Positions 45,981-57,200 of a DNA stretch of 64,000 nucleotides are shown piece after piece. The notes beneath the pieces are model-generated. The model was given only the letters and a program-made list of their open reading frames with translations. It did no database searches and was not told where the DNA came from. The stretch is from positions 22,537-86,536 of the forward strand of contig DF237342.1 in assembly GCA_000708835.1 (NCBI GenBank), read 5' to 3'. Position numbers and translations under genes: made by a program. Position 1 is the stretch's first letter. Every line of letters starts with the position of its first letter. The stretch comes from Klebsormidium nitens (lineage: Eukaryota; Plantae; Klebsormidiophyceae).

Positions 45981-48900
45981 TCAGCCTTGCTCCTCGGAAA
46001 ACTCCTGAGTGTAGATATGACCATACAAACCAACAAAAGGTCACAAAAAGCAAGATCGGGATAGACGTCCATCTTCAATGCCCTATCGCAGCCCGTGTTA
46101 CAACATGAAGCACGTTCCGGAAAGAGCCCCTTTCACGAATAAGCGACGAGCAAAAATACTCCAGTCAATGGGAGCCATCTTCCGCACCTCTCCGTTGGTC
46201 AGCTTGCGGAAGCCCCGCCCCGGGAGCCACGCCCACCAGATGGCCCGCTCTAGTTTCCCCCGGGACCCCACAGACCGGGCGAAGATAAGCGCGAGCCCCC
46301 CCGCGATGCCGCGGTCGACTGCGTACTCGGTGGGGCGAACTACCGCCCACCAGGGGCGCAGCATGGGGGGGAGGATGCCCTCTTCTTCGACGAACTCGGA
46401 CGGCTGAACGGTCACGATGCCTGCTCGAGAAAGCATGGGTCAAGTTAAAGTTCATGCTGATTTGAGAGAACGCCGTCCTCTGTGAGGCAGAGGATAAAAG
46501 GATGGGGAGTGCTGAGTGGATGAGATGGTTAGCCAGGAACGATAACCATCCGAAGCAGAAAACACAACTTTCGTCCGAGGAGGCAGTTGAACTAGGGATT
46601 TTTCCTTGGAGAGCCTTCCTTCATGAACTGCCATCTTTCGCAACCAGCCCGAATATTTGCAAACAACCTTCAGGAAAACCTCCGGTGCCCCACGGCAATC
46701 CGTTTTGGCCTGATCGTTACAGCAATTCAAATCCAGCCTTCCAACTTCGGCACCAAGCCCCCAGGCAAGACTTCAAAAGCGAGTTTGAAAGGCAGAAATC
46801 ACTATCAGTCACTATTGAATATGCAGCTGAATGGCTCCCGCTCCAGTCAATCACCTGATAAATCCACATTTCAACATGCAATTGCAACTGGCAACAAAGA
46901 CACAGCATACTAGTATTTCTGACGTTTATGGCAAAGATTCGTTCTCTTACCATGGGTTGGCAGCTGGATGGTTCGCCAGCCCCCCCGGCCATCCCCCTTG
47001 TCATTATGCCTGCTCAGCACGCAGCCCGTCATACCCGCCACATCCTGGTCAACAGTCATGGGCGTTGCGCGGACGTGGCCCCACTGCCGGACGGTTTCGT
47101 ACGCGTCCTGCTCCCACCTGCCAAGCAACAAAGTCAGATCAGCACTCAATCTATGTTCTCATATATGTCCTGCTCCCCCCTGCCGATCTGCAGTATCCTG
47201 CCTAAGTGCACTTCTACCTGGAGAAAGATACACGCATGTCTGGAGTGCTGACGGTGCGGGAAGGCGTTTAATACAATTGCACTTCTTATGAATCTATGTT
47301 CTTGTATGCGTTCTGCTCCCACCTGCCAGGCAGCCAAGCCATGATCAGCACTGATCATCGAGGGGTTCTAAGTTAAAGAGATCTACAGATACCATCATTA
47401 AGTGCGAGGTGCTCGGAGAGGGCTTGCAATTTTCCATGCTACTGCTATATCAAGAAATGCATAAGACGAACCCCAGAGCCATGCTGGGAATTCCCTCTGG
47501 CCAGATCACTGCATCCAGCCAGATTGGCTAATTAGTAAGCTACAGTGCATTAAGGTCCTGAAGGGTTCATGGATCTAATCCTCTTTCGCTCTGATTTGGC
47601 GTCTTGGATCTATCAGGCACAAGTTCGACGGATCCTTTGGATTCATGTGAAGCTACTCAAAGGCAACAAGAAGAGTGCAGCATGCCTTGATTGGAGTCTT
47701 GGATCTATCAGGCAGTTACAAGGATTCTTTGGATTCGTGTGAAGTTACTTCAGAGGCACCAAGAAGAGTGTAGGAATACCGCCGGCGCTGATTGCCTCAA
47801 CCCGAGGTTCAGCCAGGTGAAATATTCCTGAAACGAGCTTGGAACGTACCATGCTGCGACCGTCTCGATGTGCTGCTGCCGCGCCTGGTGGCTGGGCGCC
47901 CCCGCTAGCACAAGCACTGCCTGCTCCTGCGTCCACCCGCTCCCATCCGCCAGCCCCGTCGGATTCGCGCCCGTGAAATCGGCCTCCTCCAGGCTGAACA
48001 CTCCAAGGGAGGGGATCCAAACCCACCAATTCTGCAAGAGTAAGCATGATATGAGATTGGGTTGAGTAGCTGATAAGGGTTTGAATTTGGGTTGAGAAAA
48101 CGCCTCTGTTGGTTGCGGTCTCTGAAGAGCCCAGCAGGAATAAGTAAACCCTGAAGATCGAATGACGAAGAGGACTTTGATTTGATCATGCGCCGGTGTT
48201 GAAAAGGATGGAAGATTTGGGTTGCTGACAAAAACTTTTGGAAAGCTGTGGTTTGTAGAAAAGCTCAGACGTTCAGAAAGAAGTTCCAAGATTACCGGAT
48301 AGAGTCGTGATATATTTCCTTAGGGGTTTGTATGATGAAACCTAGCTGTCCAGGATAACGGCATGACAAAGAACGCGAGTCCAAAGCAGGGCGATAAAAA
48401 GAAGGCTTAATGCATGATGATCTCCAAAAATGCATGTGATTGCCGCTGGCAGATAAAAGAGCATGCTTCTCGAGATTGAAGTGAGAGGAAGATGCAAAAG
48501 ACAATGAGACTCAAGAATTCCAGAGTCCAGCTCGCTGTTCCGCTCCCGGCTGAGCTGCGCATCAGAGGAGAAGCCTTTGGGGCTTTCACGAGCAACCGGA
48601 GCTGATGCAAACCATGTTCTTCAGTTGCTCAAACAGGCAAGAGCTTCCTTTCAACATAAACTTTCAGTAAACTTGTTGGTGCATTTGGCGGATCGTGATT
48701 GTTGTTCAAAGGAAACATATAAATGTGGCAGGATGACCAATTGGGGGTTTACAGGTCTAAGGCAAGCCTTAGAGTGCCAAGTCACCCCGCCAAGCACACA
48801 ATGAAGGACACGAATTTTCCGGCAATTCGAGATCGAGCACCCTTGTTAAGGATAGGTAGTCGGTCAGCCAAGATTTGTTGACAACCGGCTCAGGAGAAGA

Positions 48901-49507
48901 GATGCAAACCTAGACGAACAAGTGCTCCATTCCGAGTCACTTCCAAAAGTTGAACAAACAATGGAAGCTAAGGGTTTGAAAGCAAGACCAAACCTCCTGG
49001 TCCTGCATTTCAAGCCAGTCCTATAACACCCACATTCTAAGTCCATTGCAGCAAACATTCACTCACATTCTCAACACTCCTCCGCTTCAGCAGCAGCCCC
49101 TTGCACCCCTTAATCCCCACTCTCCTCATCCGCTCCGAGTCTGCCACCGTGCACCACAGCCCCTTGTCCGCGCGCTTGCTGTCAAAGTGGTCCGCCAGCG
49201 CATTGCTGGTGTCATGCTCAAGCAGCTGCTTCACTAGGTGCTGCGAGTCCTGGGGCGACATCCACAACCGCACACTCTTTTTCTCATCCTTCTCCTTTGG
49301 CACATACACTGTGGTTAGGCCTCCGCGGCACGGGGTTTGCAGCGTGCGAGGGCGTTTTGAGCTTGGGGGCGCGGCTGCGAATGTGTGCAGGGGGTTTGAC
49401 AGCTGTCGGTACGCAGAAAGCTTTGGAGCGGCTCCATGGGAAAATGTGCCGTGGTCGGCGAGGCGGGCGCACGTGGTGTGCACTTCCATCGTTGCGGCTG
49501 TACTCAA
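45981..49507 (-). CDS. Unknown Trp-rich protein with a probable plastid transit peptide; firm exons 48031-47850, 47117-47035, 46420-46188; first exon from 49507 (end 49121 or 49067); exons in 48554-48100 and the terminal exon (46004-45981?) uncertain
   Basis: Three GC-rich exons join in frame through canonical GT-AG introns (phase 2, then phase 1): NWWVWIPSLG...ETVAAW|WEQDAYETVRQWGH...QDVA|GIVTVQPSEFVEEEGILPPMLRPWWAVVRPTEY...RKLTNGE. Family not recognised. Confidence 0.65.
47161..47352 (-). repeat. Two copies of the acceptor and start of the 47117 exon
   Basis: GGCAG|GTGGGAGCAGGACGCGTACGA is echoed as GGCAG|GGGGGAGCAGGACATATATGA (47179) and GGCAG|GTGGGAGCAGAACGCATACAA (47322). Confidence 0.75.
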
Positions 49508-49752
49508 CCCGTCAATTGGTTCTCAGAGATATCGTTGCACAATAATGTAAGATAGATGTTTTATGCCGTAGACTAAGAATGTGGAAAGCAAGTTCAAAAT
49601 AGGTAGCTCTTTCCAGCTGAACAAAACGGATTGCAGAAGGATGCAAAACGACTTAGGAGCTTGGCAATCTAGGACTACCGTATTTTAGAAGCTTTGTTTT
49701 CCTGTGTGTCAGCAACTGCAGCAGGCGGTGCATTCTCCGCGCCTCCTTTGCT

Positions 49753-50058
49753 CTAGGCTTGGGTTTGTATTACTTTGTTCAAGTTGTTGCCTTGACCCGT
49801 CAGCATGTGCCATGCTTGATCCGCCCCGTCAGCAGTTTGCTGCATGGACGTCCAAGATAGATATTGATGCACATCGACGGCTGTCGTGAAAATCGAGGCA
49901 TCTGGCAATGCCATCATCGAACCGTCGATACTTTTGATCGAACCGTCAGCCGAAGAGATCGCGGCTCTGTAAGCCTTTTCGTCCACGGGTTTGTCCACCT
50001 CAGCATTGAGGAACCCAGGTTTGGCGCGAAGAGGGTCGCTAATGACGTCAGCAGCACT
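49753..50058 (-). CDS. Possible exon of an unidentified gene
   Basis: After GTCAG the frame stays open as AADVISDPLRAKPGFLNAEVDKPVDEKAYRAAISS...HMLTG with a possible donor. A second candidate exon ends AA|GTGAGC near 50627. No coherent gene model could be built. Confidence 0.25.
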   Translation of the reverse strand, partial: SAADVISDPLRAKPGFLNAEVDKPVDEKAYRAAISSADGSIKSIDGSMMALPDASIFTTAVDVHQYLSWTSMQQTADGADQAWHMLTGQGNNLNKVIQTQA

Positions 50059-51295
50059 GACAAATCATGCCTGTGTGGCGGCTGGCCTGCAGGCTTGGTC
50101 TAGTGTCAGTGTTGAAATCCTTGAGATGATCTTCGACTTGCTGCTTTATCAGCAGCTTAATTGGTGATAAAGCAGCTGTGATGGTGTGTTTCCTGTGCTC
50201 AAGAGCTGCAAAGGGCGCTGTCCGCCCTGCAATGTGCGGATCATGCACCATGATGCCTTGTTGCAAAGGGCTGTCTGATGATCAGTAAAATGCACATGAA
50301 ATGCGATGGCTCCCTGAGGTTATAAGTTCAGGTAGGTGTTGACAGTTGAGTCTACATTGTGCATAATTTGGGGCCAGGCACTTGATCCTGACCTACGGCA
50401 CAGGCACAACAATTTGGACGCATCAGCGGTGCCTTTTATAACAACAATAAGGAGGTGAGTGCACTTTTCAGGATCTAAAGCCCCTCCAACACTTCGTACA
50501 ATGCTGCATTGACCAACCGACTGTGCCCATTTGGGTGGATCCTTTATGCATCAGGAGCTGTCCAACGTCTTATCAGTGCTGGACCCGAGATGGTTCAATG
50601 TGGTTGTAACGAATTTGTGAGTTGCTCACTTATAGACTATCTTGCTGTCCTCGTGAAGAACCTTCAGTTCTTTCTGCGGCAATTTGTGTTGGAGTCCAAT
50701 GCTGATGTCATTTTCTGGCCAGCTCTTAAAGCGAATGCCAGCGCTCAATTTACCCACTGCTTTGGACATTTTACCACCAGATTTGATGGATAAAACGTGG
50801 TAGACCACACAACCAGTGCAAGTCTCATGCTTGAGGTGTTGGTGACTGCATTCATTTAGCAAGCAGGGCAACAAATCTTTTCACCCTGTGAAAGCTCAGT
50901 ATATCAGCTTAGCTGTCTGCAATGCTGCAATTGAGAAGCAAACCAAAGCCTGGTCATCAGTTGCTTTGCCACTAGGCTCAATACCTCTCAAGCAGGCAGG
51001 GGATCCCCTTCTGTTCATTAGTCTTCAGCTTTTTTCTACAGATCACTCTTCACGCTATATCTCATTTGCTCACCGCTCTTGCGGCCTTTCATCGGCAACA
51101 TAGGCGCCTTCTAATCGGATCTTTTGGGGCGTTCTTTGTCCTCTGCAACCACTATTGTTACTCCTTGGTTTCCCATTATTCAAAGCTCGCTTCAATCTAT
51201 CTTTTCTAATTTGCATCACAACTCCTGTCCGTTTTTCATTCTAAGTCTCTCCCAGCAATAGACATCTTACTGATTGTCAATACCTTTTTGGCAGG

Positions 51296-54200
51296 ATGGA
51301 TGCTCTACGATCCCGCCCCTCCTTGCTTGTTGTCAAGCATGAACCCCTCGATGCCCCCCTCAACACACCCCAAGAGCCGCCCTTGATCACTCCTGCAAAA
51401 CTTGTGACGGTGCCCCCTTTATGTGGACCAGACACCCCGGTTCAAAGCACACCCCCCCCCAAGCTCGACCAACTCGCTGAGCAGGTTCGGAGAACGAGCG
51501 AGATGCTGGCGCGCCTTCAAAACATGGTGCAAGGTGTTCACGAGGGGAGGGAAGAGTTCACCGCAGCGGAAGCAACGCAGCCTCTGGGGAAGGACTCAAC
51601 TCTTTCCTCGGAGTCGGTTGCCCCGCCATTGGGGGCGTGCTCTGATCCAAGAGCGGGTGGCGCAGGTTTTGCGGTAGGAAGTAGGAAGCGTCTTTTCGGT
51701 GAGAGGGGTGGGGAGGTCGAGCGGGGAGCCAATTCTAACGCGGAGGGGCAGGGCGTCGTGGAGAAGGTGGTTTGTGAGAAACGGGTTCCTGGTATAGTAG
51801 AAGCAGCGGAAGTGTTACTGGGTGCACCAGATGGTCAGAGTCTGGTTCTTGACATCACTCCAGTTCCTGAGATGGCCGGTCAAGAGGAGTCCCGAGGGGG
51901 GGAAGGTGCAGCTGAGAACGTGGGCTTTGAGCTGCTCCCCGGGACAGAAGCCAGTGCGTCCCCCACTCCAGAAGCAAACCAAATGCAGGAATTGGGTAGT
52001 CTTCTTGCGGAAGGATCTCTATTTGGAACAGAGCGGGTGCCTGTTGCAAGAACGCCATCCCCGTATGCTCAATCAGGGGGGCCAGCGGAGGGGCCTACTC
52101 CCCCGCCCAAAGCGGATGAGGTGGCCCCGCAAAACCCCCGGACGCTCTTCAACGGAGTCTGTGTAAAGACCGAATGGGTGGACGAACCCCTGGGGCTGGA
52201 AACAAGGGGTTCAGCTGTGAACGGGCATCCTGGCAGTAGCGGGAACTCTGGTATGAACGAGCAGCTCGCTGTGAACGGCCACACTGGCCTGTATGCGGGT
52301 CGCTCTGGTGTGAACGGGCACTCCAAGGTGGACGACTTTCCGCCCTCAGAGCCAATCGATGACGACTCCGGAAGCGGGTTAGAGGACAACGACCATGGGT
52401 TCGACAGCGAACCCGAAGAGGCGGCGGCGGAAGAGCCGAGCTTCGGGGAACCGGTTGAAGGGCCACGGTTCTTTGCAGAGAGTGAGGAAGAGAAAAGCGA
52501 GTCAGAAAGAGAAACAGGGGACATTGGGGGTTGGCTGAAGGCCGGGTGGCAGGAACAGGAGAGTAAGACGGGATCGGCGAGAGGTAAGAGACTGTTGTCG
52601 AACCTTTAGTGAGAGGGTTAGGAGTCGGATCATGGCGGCAGGCAGTCCAACTGACGAATCTGAAAATGTTCTGAGATGGGGGACACAAAAGCGGGCAGCT
52701 TGCTGTGTAATATGGGAGAATGGAAACACTGTCATGGGCAGCGCCGTCTGGTCATGAGTGCATTCAGTTCTGGTTCCGCAATGTCCTGGCCTCTTAGTGG
52801 CTGTAAGAGGTTGCTGACGCTTCGCCCTGCGCATGACTGCTTCTGAAACTGAGGTCCGTGGACAGTAGTAAGGGACCTTGCTTCGTTTGATAATGCTCCG
52901 GACTGACTGTAATCCAGCAGATCTGTCGTTGGATCCATGGAATCCCAAGTCATGGAAGCGATATCATGGATTCGAGTTCTTTCCATCTTTTCCAAAAGAC
53001 TGATGCTCGTTACATTCACATTCGGCCTGTATCAATGACTGACGTAATCAACCTTCGTCGATGCAGATGCGATCACGCCGGCGGAGAAACAAGAGTGGCT
53101 GTCGTACGAGGGGCGCTTCCAGACGTGCTTCATGCGCGTCATGCTGCCGTCATTCGTGACCAGCGGGTGCTGGCTGGTGAGGTCTTCCTCGTCATATGCA
53201 AGCGGACAATCAAGAACTCGCTTCAAATAAGGTCACAGCTTTTGGAATCTAACGGCATTGAGCTAAGGTTTCTGAGTTTTGTCCTTCTAATCAGGTTCCC
53301 CGTAGTTCAAACGGTGTCCCAGTGCGAAAGTATGGAGCCCCTTTTTTTTGATGTAGGAAGGCGCCCGTTCGAAGCGGAAGCATCCTGCGTTTGACGGGGC
53401 GGCCTCGTTGGAGTTGCTCTGCATTAATGGTTTTGGCGAGATCTGCAGACAGTCGTATTGTGTCCTCCCAGCTCTTTTGCTTTATAGAACCTCAAAATCT
53501 TGTGTTTTCGATCATCAAAGCCGAGTGTCTTCAAAGTAACTGGCTGAACTGACTTGCTCCAATTTGGAGAAAGCAGAGACATATGTCGTACCTCGTCTGC
53601 CTTCAGGGCCTACCAGCCACGGTCGCGGACCAGTTCATGAAGCGGGGCGAATACTCCGTAACCTTCAGATCAGAGGGCACTGCGCACACCGTCAACTGGC
53701 TATTCCGCCCCCCGGAAAAGAAGGCCAAGCGAACAGCCCCGTCGTCGAAGGGAAAACCTGGATTCAGTGGTGGGTGGAAAGGCTTCGCCGAAGATCACGG
53801 ACTTGTCCCCGGAGATTCGGTACTCTTCGAAAAAAATCACAAATACAAGTTCAGCCTACATCTGTTCCGGCGGTGTGAATACGGGGGCAGTGTGAAAAGG
53901 GCGGCCGAGGCGGCGAACCGGAAGGGAGCGGAGCTGGACGCTACTGCAGCGGGGGGATCGGATGGAGGGCAAGTCGGGGGGGTAATGGAGATGGAAGAGA
54001 CGAGGGCCGGGTTTGTGAGCGATCTGAAACTCAACGGAGGCGAGCGGAGACACAGTGAGACGGACGGTCATCACACCCGGCAGAAAAAGCTGACGGAAGA
54101 CTTCCCCGTAGTAAAACGTCAACCTCGGATCATTAGAAAGGGCACGGGTAAAAAACGTCGGGGAAAAGGGGACGGCGGAAACCTCCGTGGGGAAGAAACG

Positions 54201-57200
54201 AAAGCCGTCGACGGTGCTGACGTCACGGCTGACGGAGCCGGGGGGTCGAGCGGAGAACCGGGAGGGCCGAAGCGGGTCAAGAGACGGCGAGACGGTCCCG
54301 GGAGGGTGCTGACGTCAGCGGGGCGGATAATGACGTCACGGGCGCCGGGGGGGGCCGGGTCGGAGCACTTTGTTACGAACAAGGATACGGTGCATTACCG
54401 GTACGAGGAAGCGTCGGAGAATGGTCAGCGGAGGGCGAAGAAGGCAATGGAGGAGTGCCTGACAGCGTACCCGAACGTCAAGATGGTGATGTCCAAGTCG
54501 CACGTGGACAAGGGGTTCTGGCTGGTGAGTGTTTCCGATTCAGGTTTTCATGGTCCGTGATTGCAGCCCTGACATCTTCTGGAACTGAGCGACTGACGAT
54601 GTTTTCGGTCACCTGAACATGGGACTCATGTGAATGTGCAACTCATCAGAAAGTCCAAAAGTTAGACTTGAAGAACGCTGACCCGGATTCGTTTTCCCGG
54701 CCAGGGGTGCCCCGTGTGAAAGTAAAGCCCGACCCACCCAACCGGTTGCTCTCGTAGACTCCATTTGAGTAATCAGACACACACTCCTTTCTCCCCACAC
54801 CTCCTTACCCTGCGGTCCGGGAAACCCGAAAAGCTGGAGGCTAGAGAAACTGATGTTCTCTCCCCCTTCCATCCGAGCAAGGGGCTTCACGAGTCTCTTC
54901 CACGAGCATTTTGGAAAGAGTTCCCGCCAGGGGGGCGAAACCAGTTCCACTTCGACCACCTAGTCGCTCTCGTCGACTCCTCTGGAAAGACTCGACGCAC
55001 TACTCCTTCGTTCACCCTCACTTTTGACCCCTGTCAACCGGAGAGCCCTGAAGCTCTGATCTTGAAAAACACTCATCCCGTACTCCCTCTCCGAGCAGGG
55101 CGGCTTCACGAGTTTTTCCTGCGAGAACCACCGCCAGACCGACCAACCGGTCCCTTTCGTGGACGCCCGGGGGGGCGTCTAGCACGCCCTGCTCATCCAC
55201 AACTCTTCGATTTTGACTCTGCAACCCTTTGACTCTTCAACCCCGAAAATTCCAAAAAAATGATCCGCCTAATCCTAATGCACTTTCGCAGGGGGGCTTC
55301 ACGTATCTCTCGTGCGAGACACACCTCCAGACCGACCAACCGGTCGCTCTCGTCGACTCCCGGGGGGGCGTCTGGCACGCCCTGCTGCTCCACGACGCGA
55401 GCGGGTTAAGCGGGGGTTGGCGCGGGTTCTCGATTGACCACCGTCTCGAAGTCGGAGACGCGCTCGTGTTCGAGATGGTGTTTCCGTACGTTTTCCACGT
55501 GCGCATTTTCAAAGCGTCGCGGGGGGGCAAGGAAGAGGACTGCACGGGGGCCACGGGAACGCGGGAGAGGAGGATCAGGGCGGCGGGCAGAGTGCAAGTG
55601 GGGGAGAAGCGGAAAGTGAATGAAGCGCAGGTGAGCCGAAGATTTGGAAGCTTCGTAAGCTGCAAGTTTTAGAGATTTCCAGAAAAAGATCTCCAGAAAA
55701 TCTGTTGTCTGCACACGGTCTGCTTCATTGTTCGCGGACAACAAGTCGACTTTTCAGGTTTGAGAAGGCTGAGACTTCAAATGTCTGACACCCTTGAGTT
55801 GGAGCACTCGGGTCGCTTCTCAGCGCTGACATCACGCTCTCGTTCGTCATGCTCAGTCGCACCCACACATGAAGTCTCAGCTGAACCAAGCGGTAACTCA
55901 TCGTCGTTCCTGCGGTTGCCTCTAATTTGTGCTTATACACAGCTCACCGGTCTGATCCTGCTATCCTCTTTCAGCAGCGGAAGATACTACGGCAATTTCA
56001 CCTTCCATGATATCGGCTCCATCCTTCTTTCTGTGTTCGAAAAAGTTGGGAGTAAATGTCATTTTTTCTGAACACCTGCTCCATCCTTCTTTCTGCAGCT
56101 AAAGGTACTAGCCGCACTCCTCAACCTCCCAGACGGCCTCCCCCCGGAAAGGGACTACTCTCAGGGGATCCCCCTGCCCGAGCTCGGCCCTGCACCCCCC
56201 CGGAAAGTGGCGAAACTCTCGGATCTTGCCCCAAACGCAAAGGCCCCCAATAGCTCGACGAAAGCGCGTGCCGACGAAAGCGGTCCGAATTTAGCATCCA
56301 CTTTTGGGAACGGGCGGCCGAGGATCCAACCGGTCCGGGGGGGTCCGGTTGTCAAGCTCGAAAAGGTGGAGAGGACCCCCCTGGAAGAGACGCAAGGAGT
56401 CGAGCGTGATCTGGTGGGAGGGGAGGAGATCCGAGTCGGGGAAGGGCCTGGCGCCAAAAGGAGACGAGGCTCAGGTGGGCTGTCGAAAAAGCGGAGGGCA
56501 AATGTCTGCGTTATCGTTGTCGCTTCTTTTGCGAATTTTAGCAAGCGGCTGCGTTTCAGATTAAGTCTCTCTTTGATCGATTGCCGAGAGCTGCGTTCTG
56601 GGGAATACTTCTTTGTTCGCGTTAGCGAACTGCTGATTGTCCGACTTATGGTTGTTTGTTAGCTTAGCAAGCGGCTCCGTTTCAACAAGAAGCTCAGCGG
56701 CTAGGGTCTCATGACGCGCTCGGAAGACTGCTTTTCGGTCTTTGTCAATGGCATCGCTGTTCAGAGAGTGATGTCTACAAAGAGCGGCCTGTTGAAGGCT
56801 AAGACTACTGGCCATCGCGCAACACACGACCACAAAATTGCGAGCTTCCAACGTCTTGAATCTGTAAGAAGGAGTGATAATAGCCGGCATTTGTTGCGGG
56901 TAATCCTTCCATTGTCTCGCCAGGACAGATTGATGGAATCTTCATATCCGCGGAAACGGAAGCTGCAAGTCGATCAATCTGAAAAGAAGAAAAGGAGACG
57001 TTGGAATCAGCCGCACAGTTATCCTGCAGAGTTCCACTTACGTTCACTACCGAAAAAAGTGAGATGGGCTGAGCTTGATCCATTTCATCCTTTTACTGCA
57101 GAGACGGAGGTTTCGCTTGCATCGCCCGCTCCGAAGCAGCTGAAGAAAACGGCGAAAGCGAAGACGAGCAAAGCGAAGACGGGGGCGGGTACTCCGCCCC

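Noticed and set aside
45433-46064. Candidate exons 45516-45433 (-) and 45910-45971 (+)
   Set aside because: Splice signals are plausible, but they cannot be linked unambiguously to any gene; a nearer terminal exon (46004-45981) fits the upstream minus-strand gene.
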